Origin: a virus
Taxonomy: Duplodnaviria > Heunggongvirae > Uroviricota > Caudoviricetes
Virus record (IMG/VR): IMGVR_UViG_3300036790_000204
Location: 42,103-106,102 of that record
Strand: one strand, 5' to 3'
DNA length: 64,000 nt
Of this stretch, positions 36,199 to 45,626 are shown in pieces. The number at the start of each line of letters is the position of its first letter. The stretch's first letter is position 1. The notes below the pieces were generated by a model. The model saw nothing but the letters and a program-made list of their open reading frames with translations. It was not told the DNA's origin and made no database searches. Position numbers and translations under genes: made by a program.

Positions 36199-37070
36199 TC
36201 CAGCTCAACAGCCCGCTTTACACGATCGGGCCCGGCACGAGCACCGAGTGGAACGGCAACGCCCTCGACGACACGGGCTGTTCTTGGATCGTGACGGCCG
36301 AGGCCGGTTGGAGCAGCTCGCCGCCGGCCCGGCCGTCGCAGGCCGACAAGACGATCGGCGACGGCACGTTCTCCGGCCCCGGCTTCTACGCCGGCCGGCT
36401 CGTCACCCTCACCGGGACGTGCGTGGCGCCGAACCAGACGGCGATGCTGTGGGCCAAGGAGGCGATCAAGGCGGCGTTCGGCCCGTGGGACCTGGTGACG
36501 CTGCAGGTCGACGAGCTGCACCTTTCCCGGGTCGCGCAGGTGACCCTGAACGACGACGTTCAGATACAGGACAAGACGACGGTCGTGTTCACCTGGCAGA
36601 TGGGGTTGTTCGCGGCCGACCCGCGCCGCTACCTCGTCACGCCGACCACGCTCACCGCCGAGCTGCCGGCGACAGCGCCGGGCGTCGGCCGGAGCTACCC
36701 GCGGTCCTACCCGAGGACGTACGCCGCCGGGGGCACCGGCGCGCAGGTGACGTTCACCCAGGCGGGCAACTACAAGCTCACCCCCGCCGTGATCACGATC
36801 GCCGGGCCCGTGACGTCGCCGACGGTCGAGCACGACCGGTCGGGGTCGCACATCACGCTCGACATGACGATTCCCGCGGGGGAGTCCGTCGTCCTCGACC
36901 TGGCCGCGGAGACGGCTCTGCTCGGCGGCTCGAGCGTCGCCGAGTACATGACGAGCGACTCGGCGTGGTTCCTGCTCGAGCGGGGGGCGAACGTCGTGCG
37001 GTTCCGCGGGTCTCCCGGCGCCGGCAGCACCCCGGTCATGACGATGGTCGCGTCGTCGGCGTGGGTTTAG
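36177..37070 (+). CDS. distal tail protein (Dit-like) / minor tail protein
   Basis: Position after the tape-measure block. 297 aa. Confidence 0.45.
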   Translation: MGRRYAMIQLNSPLYTIGPGTSTEWNGNALDDTGCSWIVTAEAGWSSSPPARPSQADKTIGDGTFSGPGFYAGRLVTLTGTCVAPNQTAMLWAKEAIKAAFGPWDLVTLQVDELHLSRVAQVTLNDDVQIQDKTTVVFTWQMGLFAADPRRYLVTPTTLTAELPATAPGVGRSYPRSYPRTYAAGGTGAQVTFTQAGNYKLTPAVITIAGPVTSPTVEHDRSGSHITLDMTIPAGESVVLDLAAETALLGGSSVAEYMTSDSAWFLLERGANVVRFRGSPGAGSTPVMTMVASSAWV

Positions 37071-37111
37071 GGGCGCGACGCTAGGCGCCCGGCCGGCCTA
37101 CGGTCCGGCGC

Positions 37112-38185
37112 ATGGCAGAAGTCAATCCGCCCGCGTACGAGCAGGCCGGCACCTACTCGGCTGATCAGGACCGCATGGCCTACATGGCGATGATGACCCC
37201 CGACCTGTCGTCGGGGCCGTTCGTGCCGCTCGGCGGGGTGCGCCCGGGCGGCTCCATGATGGTGACGGCGCAGTCGTCGCCGAACATGAGCGTTTCCGTC
37301 GCGTCGGGCACCGCGTTCGTCCCCGCGTCGATCGAGGGGAACGCCGGGTGGACGTGCCACAACAACGGCGCCCGCTCGGTGACGATCGCCCCCGCGTCGG
37401 CCGCCAACCCGCGGATCGACCTGATCATCGCCCACGTGTACGACGCGACCGACGACACCGGGTCGCTGAGCGAGTGGCAGCTCGAGGCGGTGGAGGGCAC
37501 CCCGGCGTCGTCGCCGGCGGTGCCGCCGCTGCCGACCAACGCGATCCTCCTCGCCGAGGTGCTGGTGCCGCAGGCGGCCAGCTCCATCACTTCGGGTGAC
37601 ATCGCGGAGAAGACCAGCGCGACGGTCGCGCTCGGTGGCGTCCTCCCGGCCACCTCGCAGACGCTGCCGGGCAACCCCTACCCGGGGATGGCGGTCTACT
37701 GCGCGGACACCGGCGAGACCGTCGTCTGGCAGGGGGCGATCGCCCCGTCGCCGAATACCTGGCAGGCGGCGTCGACCGGGCAGGGCCCGTGGATCTCGAG
37801 GCAGGCGGCGGCCGAGACGTTCGCGATCGGCGGCGGCTGGCAGGACTACTCGGCGGGGAACTGGGAGCCGGTGTTCTTCACCGCGCCGCGGTCAGGGGCG
37901 GTGTTCATCTCGGTCACCGGCGGCGTCGGCAACTCGGGCGGCAGCGACGTCGCCCGGATCGGGTGGAAGCTGATCGGCCCGCACAGCGGCACCCCGGTCG
38001 TCGACTACGCGAACCGGAACTCGGTCGCGTCTCAGGACGGGCTGCTCATCCGGGCGACCGTCCGCACGCTGACCACCGGGCTCAACCCGGGTGACGCGAT
38101 GGCGCTCTACGCGGGGAAGTACGCGACGACCGGCACGCCGATCGACGACAACTACGGCGAGCTTCTAGTCGAAGCGGTCCTGTAG
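37112..38185 (+). CDS. minor tail protein
   Basis: 357 aa. Preceded by a partial copy of the upstream motif. Confidence 0.4.
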   Translation: MAEVNPPAYEQAGTYSADQDRMAYMAMMTPDLSSGPFVPLGGVRPGGSMMVTAQSSPNMSVSVASGTAFVPASIEGNAGWTCHNNGARSVTIAPASAANPRIDLIIAHVYDATDDTGSLSEWQLEAVEGTPASSPAVPPLPTNAILLAEVLVPQAASSITSGDIAEKTSATVALGGVLPATSQTLPGNPYPGMAVYCADTGETVVWQGAIAPSPNTWQAASTGQGPWISRQAAAETFAIGGGWQDYSAGNWEPVFFTAPRSGAVFISVTGGVGNSGGSDVARIGWKLIGPHSGTPVVDYANRNSVASQDGLLIRATVRTLTTGLNPGDAMALYAGKYATTGTPIDDNYGELLVEAVL

Positions 38186-38189
38186 TCCC

Positions 38190-39314
38190 GTGGCCGCGTG
38201 GCGGTACCTGTTCTGGGACTGGAGTCTGACCAGGCAGATCGACCAGCTTCCGCTCCAGTCGCCGAACATGTCGTGGGAGGTCGACGCGGCGGGCACGATC
38301 ACCGCGCAGGTTCCCCTGTTCGACCGGGCGCTGTCATCGTCCCGGGTGCTGGCCGCGACGGCGCCGCTGAAAACCCGCGTCTACTGCGAGAGGAACGGCA
38401 AGCTCGTCTGGGGCGGCCGGCTGATCGAGCCGCGCGCCTACGACTCGAGCACCGGCATGCTGACGATCAACGGTGAGGAAACCGTCGGGTACTTCGCCGA
38501 CCGGTTCGTTCCCACCCTGAACCTCTACGGGCAGGATCAGATAGCGATCGCCGAGCAGGTCGTAACGTCGATGCAGTCGGTGTCGGGCGGCGATGCGAAA
38601 CTCGCGGTGACGGCGCTCAACGGGATGAGCGGCGTCCTCCGCGACGGCGTCTACTCGAAATGGGATTTCACCCCCGGGTTGCAGGCGCTCACCGACATCA
38701 CCGAGATGGAATCAGGGTTCGAGTTCGCGTCGCGCGTCTCCTGGGACGCGTTCGGCGTCCCCTACGACGAGCTCCTGCTCGCCTACCCCTACCTTGGCCG
38801 GCGCCGCACCGCGTCGCCGGCGGTCATCGAGTACAACTGGCGCGGCGGCGGGAACTGCCAGTCCTACCAGTGGCCCGACGGCCCCGGCCTGTTCGTGCGG
38901 ACCTACACCGGGGCGACGACGCCCGACGGGGTGCAGCTGGTGGCGTGGGCCGACACGACGCCGCTGCTCGACGAGGGGTACCCGCTGCTCGAGCAGAAAG
39001 TCGACGTCACCTCGAGCAAGCCGACGACGCAGGCCGCGTTGCAGGGGTACGCGAACCGGGCAGCGGGATGGGCGTCGGGGGAGCGGGTCGCCGCGCAGTT
39101 CACCATGAAGCCGAACCCGTCGCTCGATATCAGCACGTTCGGCCTCGGAGACGACGTGCTAGTGCGGATCACCGACCACCGGTTCCCCGCCGGCCCCGGC
39201 GGCCGGCCGGGGTTCGCCGGGTGGATGCGCGTCGGGCAGATCCAGTGCATCCCCGACCAGAACGGCCTCGAGCAGTACGTGGTGACCACCCTCGACTACA
39301 CCGAGCCCGTCTAG
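38190..39314 (+). CDS. minor tail protein
   Basis: 374 aa. Confidence 0.35.
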   Translation: MAAWRYLFWDWSLTRQIDQLPLQSPNMSWEVDAAGTITAQVPLFDRALSSSRVLAATAPLKTRVYCERNGKLVWGGRLIEPRAYDSSTGMLTINGEETVGYFADRFVPTLNLYGQDQIAIAEQVVTSMQSVSGGDAKLAVTALNGMSGVLRDGVYSKWDFTPGLQALTDITEMESGFEFASRVSWDAFGVPYDELLLAYPYLGRRRTASPAVIEYNWRGGGNCQSYQWPDGPGLFVRTYTGATTPDGVQLVAWADTTPLLDEGYPLLEQKVDVTSSKPTTQAALQGYANRAAGWASGERVAAQFTMKPNPSLDISTFGLGDDVLVRITDHRFPAGPGGRPGFAGWMRVGQIQCIPDQNGLEQYVVTTLDYTEPV

Positions 39315-39327
39315 GAGGGCCGACGCC

Positions 39328-39813
39328 ATGCTGAGCAAGCTTCCCGAGCCGCTCGTCAGGCAGGCCGGATCACGGCTGTTCCCCCACCCGCCGCACGTCG
39401 CCCGGGCGGTCAGGGCGCTGCAGCGGACCGCCGCCGACAACCGCTGGCAGATGCCGCCGTCCGCCCTCAACCCGGTCCCGGCCAGCGTCACCTCGGGCGA
39501 GCCGTGCACCGCCTCGACGATGACCGACGTCTACCGCATGTACGTCTACCGGGCCGGCGCCGCGGTCTACGCCGACGTCGCCGCCGGCTGCGGCACCTCG
39601 AGCGTCGTGTCAGCGCAGCTAGCCTGCTCGGACTTCGGCCTGACCGGCACGGCGGTCACGAGCGTCACCGGCGGCGAGCAGCTCCTGCGGCTGCAGCTCG
39701 ACATGCCCGACGAATGGCCGCCAGGCGAAGCCCACTACGTGACCGTGCAGGCGATGCGCGTGTCCGGCGCCGACGCGACCACCCTGCAGGTCGCCCGCGG
39801 GTGGCAGCGATGA
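39328..39813 (+). CDS. hypothetical protein
   Basis: 161 aa. Confidence 0.3.
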   Translation: MLSKLPEPLVRQAGSRLFPHPPHVARAVRALQRTAADNRWQMPPSALNPVPASVTSGEPCTASTMTDVYRMYVYRAGAAVYADVAAGCGTSSVVSAQLACSDFGLTGTAVTSVTGGEQLLRLQLDMPDEWPPGEAHYVTVQAMRVSGADATTLQVARGWQR

Positions 39814-40094
39814 CCTGGTGGCACGCGCTGATGCACGCCCTCGGCATCGACAACGTCTCGGGACCGCAGTACGGGTTCTGGTCGGGTTTCGGCTCGGACC
39901 TCGGCGAGCTCGCGATCGTCGGCGGCCTGCTCGGCATGTACCGGCGGCACAACTGCGAGGTGAAAGGATGCTGGCGCCTCGGCCGGCACCGCACCGCGGC
40001 CGGCCACAGCGTCTGCCGCCGCCACCACCCTGACGACCACCTCACGGCCGAGCAGGTTGAGGCGGCCCACTACGCAGCAAGGCAAGGCGAATGA
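39810..40094 (+). CDS. small membrane protein (holin-like?)
   Basis: The ATG overlaps the upstream TGA. Hydrophobic segment. Confidence 0.3.
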   Translation: MTWWHALMHALGIDNVSGPQYGFWSGFGSDLGELAIVGGLLGMYRRHNCEVKGCWRLGRHRTAAGHSVCRRHHPDDHLTAEQVEAAHYAARQGE

Positions 40095-40960
40095 CGCCAG
40101 GCGCACAGCCCGCGACGTTAGCCGAATGCCGGTGCGACTCTCGCCGCATGACGGCCATCCCCACCAAGATGTTCGACTCGGACAACCCGGCGACGCTGCC
40201 CCCGTGGGACGGGGAATGCGCGTACGCCGGGTATGTCGACGAATCGGATGACTACAGCGCGATCCGGGCTGCGTACCCGGGGGCGGTGGTGCTGTCGATC
40301 ACCGGGCACGGCGCGGACGCCGACATCGCCGACATCGAGACCCGTCTCATGGCCGACGCGGACGCCCCGGGCTGGTTCGAACGGCAGATCGCCCGCGGCC
40401 TCGCCCGGCCGATGCTGTACCGGCAGGCGTCGTCGGCGCAGGGGCTGATCGACGTCATGACGGCCGCGGGGATCGGCCGGCCCCGCTACTGCCTCTGGAC
40501 GGCGCACTACGACGAGCGGCTGGGCGAGCACATCTGCGGACCGGATACCTGCGGCTACCCGCAGGCCGACGGCACGCAGTGGACTAGCGCCGCGCTCGGC
40601 CGGAGTCTCGACCAGTCCATGCTCGGCCCGTCGTTCTTCGCAGTCACGGTCGCACCGACCCCGCAGCAGCAGGAGGCAGACGTGTACTCAGGCACCCTCG
40701 GCATGAAGGCGGCCAGCGTCCCGGTGGCGCCGGGCACCGTCGGCAAGGTCAGCGTCTACGCCGATTTCACCAGCGCGGCCGAGCCGCTCGAGGTCCGCGT
40801 CGCCGTCCACTCGGCCGCCAAGGGCTACCGGGTGGTCAAGCTCGTGCTGGACGACAGCAAGCCGCATCTGGTCGACCTGACCGAGGCCGACGTCGACGCG
40901 GTGTCGTTCCTCCGCGAGGACAAGGACGGCGGCCGCACCGCCGGCTACGTCATCTACTAG
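40091..40960 (+). CDS. putative hydrolase / lysin-like protein (uncertain)
   Basis: 289 aa. Position is next to small membrane proteins. No firm motif. Confidence 0.25.
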   Translation: MTPGAQPATLAECRCDSRRMTAIPTKMFDSDNPATLPPWDGECAYAGYVDESDDYSAIRAAYPGAVVLSITGHGADADIADIETRLMADADAPGWFERQIARGLARPMLYRQASSAQGLIDVMTAAGIGRPRYCLWTAHYDERLGEHICGPDTCGYPQADGTQWTSAALGRSLDQSMLGPSFFAVTVAPTPQQQEADVYSGTLGMKAASVPVAPGTVGKVSVYADFTSAAEPLEVRVAVHSAAKGYRVVKLVLDDSKPHLVDLTEADVDAVSFLREDKDGGRTAGYVIY

Positions 40961-40973
40961 CCAACCCCCCGCA

Positions 40974-41396
40974 ATGAACAACGAAACGAAAAGGAGAATC
41001 ATCATGATTCTGGCAAGCGCGCTGTCCGCGGTCCTGGCCATCGGCCGTGAGATCATCGACGACCCGGACGTCAAGAAGGCCATCGGCGCCGACCTCCTGG
41101 CGATCGAGCAGAAGGTCGCGGGGCTCGAGGTGAAGGGCGCCGAGGGCGTCGATGACATCGAGGCGCACATCGCCGGGTGGCTCAGCGACCACTACCAGAT
41201 CACCGTCCCGGCCGCGCCGCAGCCCGCGCCCGCGGCGCCCGTCACCCCGTCCTACCCCGCCGACCAGCCGCCCGCGGACGGCGCCGTCAGCGCGCCGCCG
41301 GAGGCGGCCGGCGTCGCCGACGACGCGCCCGCCACCGACGCGTCGCCGATCGCCGACACCTACCCGGCGCCGGACAGCGCGGCGCCGCTGGCCTGA
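40974..41396 (+). CDS. membrane protein with Pro/Ala-rich tail
   Basis: N-terminal TM helix. Confidence 0.3.
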   Translation: MNNETKRRIIMILASALSAVLAIGREIIDDPDVKKAIGADLLAIEQKVAGLEVKGAEGVDDIEAHIAGWLSDHYQITVPAAPQPAPAAPVTPSYPADQPPADGAVSAPPEAAGVADDAPATDASPIADTYPAPDSAAPLA

Positions 41397-41442
41397 TCTC
41401 TGCGCAGGGGGGATCGGGAAGGCTACTAGCAGGGGGATCAGG

Positions 41443-41757
41443 GTGCCGGACACCAGCCTGGTTACCGGCATCCTCGGCAGTGCCGGAGCCGGCACCGCGA
41501 TCATGGTGATCCTGTTCCTCAGCGGCCTTATCTGGACCAAGCCATCGGTCGACGAGATCAAGCGACAGCGCGACCAGGCCAACGCAGATAAGAAAACCGC
41601 CGAGGCGCAGCGGGATGACGCGATAGCGATCGCGCAGACGCAGATCATCCCCATGCTTGGCAGCTTCACCGCCGCCAGCGGCGCCCTGATCCCCCTGCTG
41701 CAGGCCCTCGTAGCACGCCAGGAAGCCGAGCAGTCACGGCGAAGGGACACCAGGTGA
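41443..41757 (+). CDS. small membrane protein (holin-like)
   Basis: GTG with an AGGGGGA RBS. TM segment, then a charged tail. Confidence 0.3.
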   Translation: MPDTSLVTGILGSAGAGTAIMVILFLSGLIWTKPSVDEIKRQRDQANADKKTAEAQRDDAIAIAQTQIIPMLGSFTAASGALIPLLQALVARQEAEQSRRRDTR

Positions 41758-42014
41758 CCGACGGCACCCCGGCCGACGTGACAACGGAGGCGGAACGGGT
41801 GATAACCGCCGCGCAGGCCCTTCCCGATCTAGGAACGATCAAAGAGCTTGCCGAGGAGGCCATCCGCCATGGGCCGGTCGACCACATGAGCCGGGAGCAG
41901 GTTCAGGAGCTGGCCAAGCGGGCCGTCGCCCAGGCCGAGCAGCTCGCCGCTCTCCTGCAGCAGCTTTCCGGGCTGCTCGGCGCCGGCGACACCCCCGGCG
42001 GGGTGACCCCGTGA
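41754..42014 (+). CDS. hypothetical protein
   Basis: 86 aa. Confidence 0.3.
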   Translation: MTDGTPADVTTEAERVITAAQALPDLGTIKELAEEAIRHGPVDHMSREQVQELAKRAVAQAEQLAALLQQLSGLLGAGDTPGGVTP

Positions 42015-42128
42015 GCAGGGAAAAGGAAATAGCCGACGTCACCGCCGAGGCAGACGCCCTGCTCGGCAAGCTACGCGCCAACGTCGCCGCCCTCAACGCC
42101 ATCCTCGCAACAGACCCGGAGGTCACTG

Positions 42129-42674
42129 GTGACCAGCCCGCTACAGCCTGACGAGCCCGGCAGCGCGCCCGACGCGGTCGAAGCCGCCCGCGACCTCACC
42201 GGCGCCCTGAACGGCCTCTCCCAGCGCCTCGATGACGCTAAGACGGCCAGCGAGGAACGCGATCAGCAACTGTCCGAGTACGGGCGACGCAACAGGCAGC
42301 TAATCCGCCGCAGCCGGCGCCTGATCGCGGTCGACATCGTGCTCACGATCGCGCTGGCTCTCGTCGGGCTAAACAGCGCGCGGTCGAACGACCGGGCGGA
42401 CACCGCCGTCGCGACCGCCGCCGTGGCGAAGGCGCGAGCAGCGGCGGCGAACACCGCGGCCGTCGCCGAGCACCAGTCGCTGATCGCCGGGTGCGAGGCC
42501 GGCAACGTGAACCGCAAGAACGAGCTCGGCGTCTGGGACTACCTGCTTGACAACACCACGCCGACGTCGAAGGCGCAGGCCAAGGCGCTCGCCAAGTTCG
42601 GCCAGAAGATCGACCAGGCATATGCGCCCCGAAACTGCGTCAAGGTCTACCCGCTTCCCGCGCCGAAGGGATGA
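42129..42674 (+). CDS. membrane protein
   Basis: 181 aa with an internal TM helix. Confidence 0.3.
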   Translation: MTSPLQPDEPGSAPDAVEAARDLTGALNGLSQRLDDAKTASEERDQQLSEYGRRNRQLIRRSRRLIAVDIVLTIALALVGLNSARSNDRADTAVATAAVAKARAAAANTAAVAEHQSLIAGCEAGNVNRKNELGVWDYLLDNTTPTSKAQAKALAKFGQKIDQAYAPRNCVKVYPLPAPKG

Positions 42675-42973
42675 CGACTAGCGCCGAGCTCTATGACGCC
42701 TGCGCCGAGGCGGCGCAGGCCGGCCCGTCATGGCGGCACTCGCGCCCGGTCCTGTGGCTCACCAGCCCGGTTGTCACCGTCGGCGGCCGGAGCTGGCGGG
42801 CGCGCGCCGCGAAGCCGTCCGCGGGCAGTCCCGCGGTGACGGTCCACGGGTACTCGGCACGTCAGTGCGGGCAGATCACCGCGGCGCTGATCCCGGTGAT
42901 GGGCGCGCAAGCGAGCGCGGCCGAGGCGCACGCCGCAGCGCTGCTGCGGCTCGGCGCCCCCCCGGCCCCGTGA
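42671..42973 (+). CDS. hypothetical protein
   Basis: 100 aa. Confidence 0.25.
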   Translation: MTTSAELYDACAEAAQAGPSWRHSRPVLWLTSPVVTVGGRSWRARAAKPSAGSPAVTVHGYSARQCGQITAALIPVMGAQASAAEAHAAALLRLGAPPAP

Positions 42974-42980
42974 CGCGCAC

Positions 42981-43040
42981 CGGGTGACGCTACCCGGGCG
43001 GGCTGCCTACCTTTAGGCCGTCCGACACCCCCGGTCAGCA
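42981..43040 (+). promoter_or_regulatory. conserved upstream element before tailspike 1
   Basis: gggtGACGCTAcCCggg...CCTACCTTTAGGCCGTCCGACACCCCCGGTCAGCAC. Confidence 0.45.
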
Positions 43041-43047
43041 CTGGGAG

Positions 43048-45549
43048 ATGGCCGGAGCCATGAGCAGCACCATCGAGATCATCCTGAGCATCATCGACGG
43101 CACCGGCGCCGCAGTGACCGAAGGGTCAGCGGTTTTCACCGCGACATCCCCGGTGATCAGCGCTGACGGCACGACGGAAATCATCCCGGCCCCCGTCACG
43201 ATCCAGCTCGGCGACGGGCCGCCCCCCGTCTCAGCGACGCTTCTCCCGACTGACGTCGCAGGCGACCTGCCGATCGGGTGGGCGTGGCAGGTCTCGTTCC
43301 CCGATGTCCCGGGCGACCTCGAGTCGTTCACGTTCGCCGCCCCCGCAGGCCCCGCCTCTTTCGCCGCGGCGGCCGGCACGCCGGGCGTCATCACGTGGAC
43401 CGCGACCGCGGCGCTGACCGCACTGCCGAACGGGACCGGCGTGAAGCTGACCGGCGGGTCGCTGCCCACCGGGATCACGGCGGGCACCACCTATTTCGTG
43501 GTCGGCACGTCGGGGCAGACGATTCAGCTCGCCGCGACCCCGGGAGGATCGCCGCTGACGCTGACCTCGAGCGGCTCGGGTCAGCTCACCGTCGTCTCCT
43601 ACTACCTCGCCAGCGTCACCAGGGTCACCACGGGCGCCGCCCTCAGCCCGCTGGCGTCCTACTTCGACGAGCTCGGCGCCGCGGCGGCAGCCCAGGCGGC
43701 GGCCGAGGCCGCGAGCATGCCCACCCTGGCGCAGGTCGCCGTCAGCACCGCCGGCACCCTCGCGGTCAACAAGGTCACCACGGTCACCGCCGCGGCCGCC
43801 CTGACGATGACGCTCCCGACGCCGGTCACGGGCGCGTGGATCGTGTGCGAGCGGGCGTCGGCCAGCACCGCGGCCGTGACGATCACCGGGAACGTCCGCG
43901 GCGCCGCGGGCACCTCGGTCACGCTGCAACTCGGCTCGGAATCCGAAATGTTCTTCGCGACCGGCGGCAGCTGGTGGCCGATTGCCGGCCACAAGACCCT
44001 CGGCTCGCTCGACACCCGGTACACGGCGTGGCTCAACGTCAAGGGCGCCGCGTTCGGCGCGAAGGGCGACGGCACCACCGACGACACAGCCGCGATCAAC
44101 CTCGCGCTCAGCACCGCGACGCCCGGGCAGGTCGTCTACCTCCCGGCCGGAACCTACGTGACGTCGGCTCCGCTCGTCGTCCCGTCGGGTGTCATCCTGC
44201 GGGGCGACAGCGGCGGTCTCGGCATCCCGATCGGCAACTACTCGATCGGCGGCCTTCCCGTCGGCGGCACCATCATCAAGCCCGCAGCGGGATTCACGGG
44301 CATCGCCGTGATCTCGATGACACAGGCAAGCGGGCAGGGGGGCCAGCAGCAGTTCTACGCGTTCAGCGTCGACGGCTCCAACGTGACCGGCACGAACACC
44401 ATCCACGGCATCGAGGCGACCAGCGCCGTCGCAGCCGTGAAGATGCGCGACGTGCTGGTTTACGGCGGCAACGGGGCGCTCGGCGGCGACGGCCTCCACG
44501 TGGCGGCAGGATCGAACGGGCTTCCCGACTTCTGGGACGTCGCGCACTGCAAGTTCTCCGGTTTCAAGGGCAACGGCGTCAGCCTCAACGGGCTCGCGGA
44601 CTCGTTTTTCTTCGCGTGCGAGTCGACCGGGAACACCGGGTGGGGATGGACGATCACCAACGGCAACAACAGCCGGTTCGTCGGCTGCAAAGCCGAGGGC
44701 GCGGGCACGAACGGCGGGTGGCAGCTGACCGCGGCGTCCGGGTTCACCGGGCAGCTCACTTTCTCGGCGTGCACGTCGGGGAGCAACCACCAGGACGGAT
44801 GGCAGGTCAACGGGCCCGGCGCCGGCGTCTACTCCATTTCCGGCTGCCGGTCGACCAATGACGGGCTCACGTCCGGCGCCGGGTTCACCGTGCAGGCCGG
44901 CTACGCGGGGACCGTGCAGCTGACCGGCGTCGACACAGTGCCGGCGACGAGCACCCCCGCCTACGGGCTGAAGGTCAGCGCGGTCGCCGGCACCGCCGTG
45001 ATACAGGTGGCCAACTCGACGCTTTGGGGCGTCACTGGCGGCGTCAGCAACGACGCGTCGACCCCCAACGTCCTCTACGACGGCAACTGCGTTCTCACCT
45101 CGGGCGCCCTCGCATCCCCGGCGCCCGTGCCGCAGCCGCAGTCGATCTCGCAGGGCGGCACCAGCGCGACGACGGCAGCCGCGGCGCTGACCGCCCTCGG
45201 CGCGCTGCGCCCCCTCGCGGCCACCGCAGCCGGCGGCTACACGCAGGTGAACGGCACCGGCACCGTCCTGACGTGGACCGCCCCAAACGACGGGCAGCTG
45301 CACCGTGTGATCCTGCTCGCCGACCTGCACGTCACCACCACCCAAGTCGGCGGTGCCATCACGATGAACTGCGATTTTCCCGATGGGTTCGCGAACGCCC
45401 CATCGGTGTTCGCCGGCGCGGCCAGCCCGGGCGGCTACGGCGCCTTCGTCGGCCGGGTGGTCGAGGCCGGGGCCACCGTCACGATCACCCAGTCGTCGGC
45501 CCTCACTTCCGGGGCGGCGGTCATGTGGGCTGAGCTGTGGGGATGCTAG
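43048..45549 (+). CDS. tailspike/tail fibre 1 with pectate-lyase-like right-handed beta-helix domain
   Basis: GDGTTDDTAAINLAL..VYLPAGTY motif. N- and C-terminal domains are paralogous to the next gene. The likely start is the second ATG (about 43060), by alignment with the paralog. Confidence 0.6.
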   Translation: MAGAMSSTIEIILSIIDGTGAAVTEGSAVFTATSPVISADGTTEIIPAPVTIQLGDGPPPVSATLLPTDVAGDLPIGWAWQVSFPDVPGDLESFTFAAPAGPASFAAAAGTPGVITWTATAALTALPNGTGVKLTGGSLPTGITAGTTYFVVGTSGQTIQLAATPGGSPLTLTSSGSGQLTVVSYYLASVTRVTTGAALSPLASYFDELGAAAAAQAAAEAASMPTLAQVAVSTAGTLAVNKVTTVTAAAALTMTLPTPVTGAWIVCERASASTAAVTITGNVRGAAGTSVTLQLGSESEMFFATGGSWWPIAGHKTLGSLDTRYTAWLNVKGAAFGAKGDGTTDDTAAINLALSTATPGQVVYLPAGTYVTSAPLVVPSGVILRGDSGGLGIPIGNYSIGGLPVGGTIIKPAAGFTGIAVISMTQASGQGGQQQFYAFSVDGSNVTGTNTIHGIEATSAVAAVKMRDVLVYGGNGALGGDGLHVAAGSNGLPDFWDVAHCKFSGFKGNGVSLNGLADSFFFACESTGNTGWGWTITNGNNSRFVGCKAEGAGTNGGWQLTAASGFTGQLTFSACTSGSNHQDGWQVNGPGAGVYSISGCRSTNDGLTSGAGFTVQAGYAGTVQLTGVDTVPATSTPAYGLKVSAVAGTAVIQVANSTLWGVTGGVSNDASTPNVLYDGNCVLTSGALASPAPVPQPQSISQGGTSATTAAAALTALGALRPLAATAAGGYTQVNGTGTVLTWTAPNDGQLHRVILLADLHVTTTQVGGAITMNCDFPDGFANAPSVFAGAASPGGYGAFVGRVVEAGATVTITQSSALTSGAAVMWAELWGC

Positions 45550-45604
45550 CGGGTGACGCTCCCTAGCGGAGTTGCCTAGTATTCGGGCTGTCCGACACCC
45601 CCGG
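45550..45604 (+). promoter_or_regulatory. conserved upstream element before tailspike 2
   Basis: gggtGACGCTcCCtag...GTCCGACACCCCCGG. Confidence 0.4.
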
Positions 45605-45626
45605 AAACCTGGGGACGGCCGCCGCG

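Noticed and set aside
40091-40960. Firm endolysin call for the 289-aa protein
   Set aside because: No catalytic motif recognised. The call rests on position only and is kept as low-confidence.
42129-42674. Spanin annotation for the membrane proteins at 41.4-42.7 kb
   Set aside because: The host is probably a Gram-positive actinobacterium, where spanins are not expected. Kept as generic membrane proteins.
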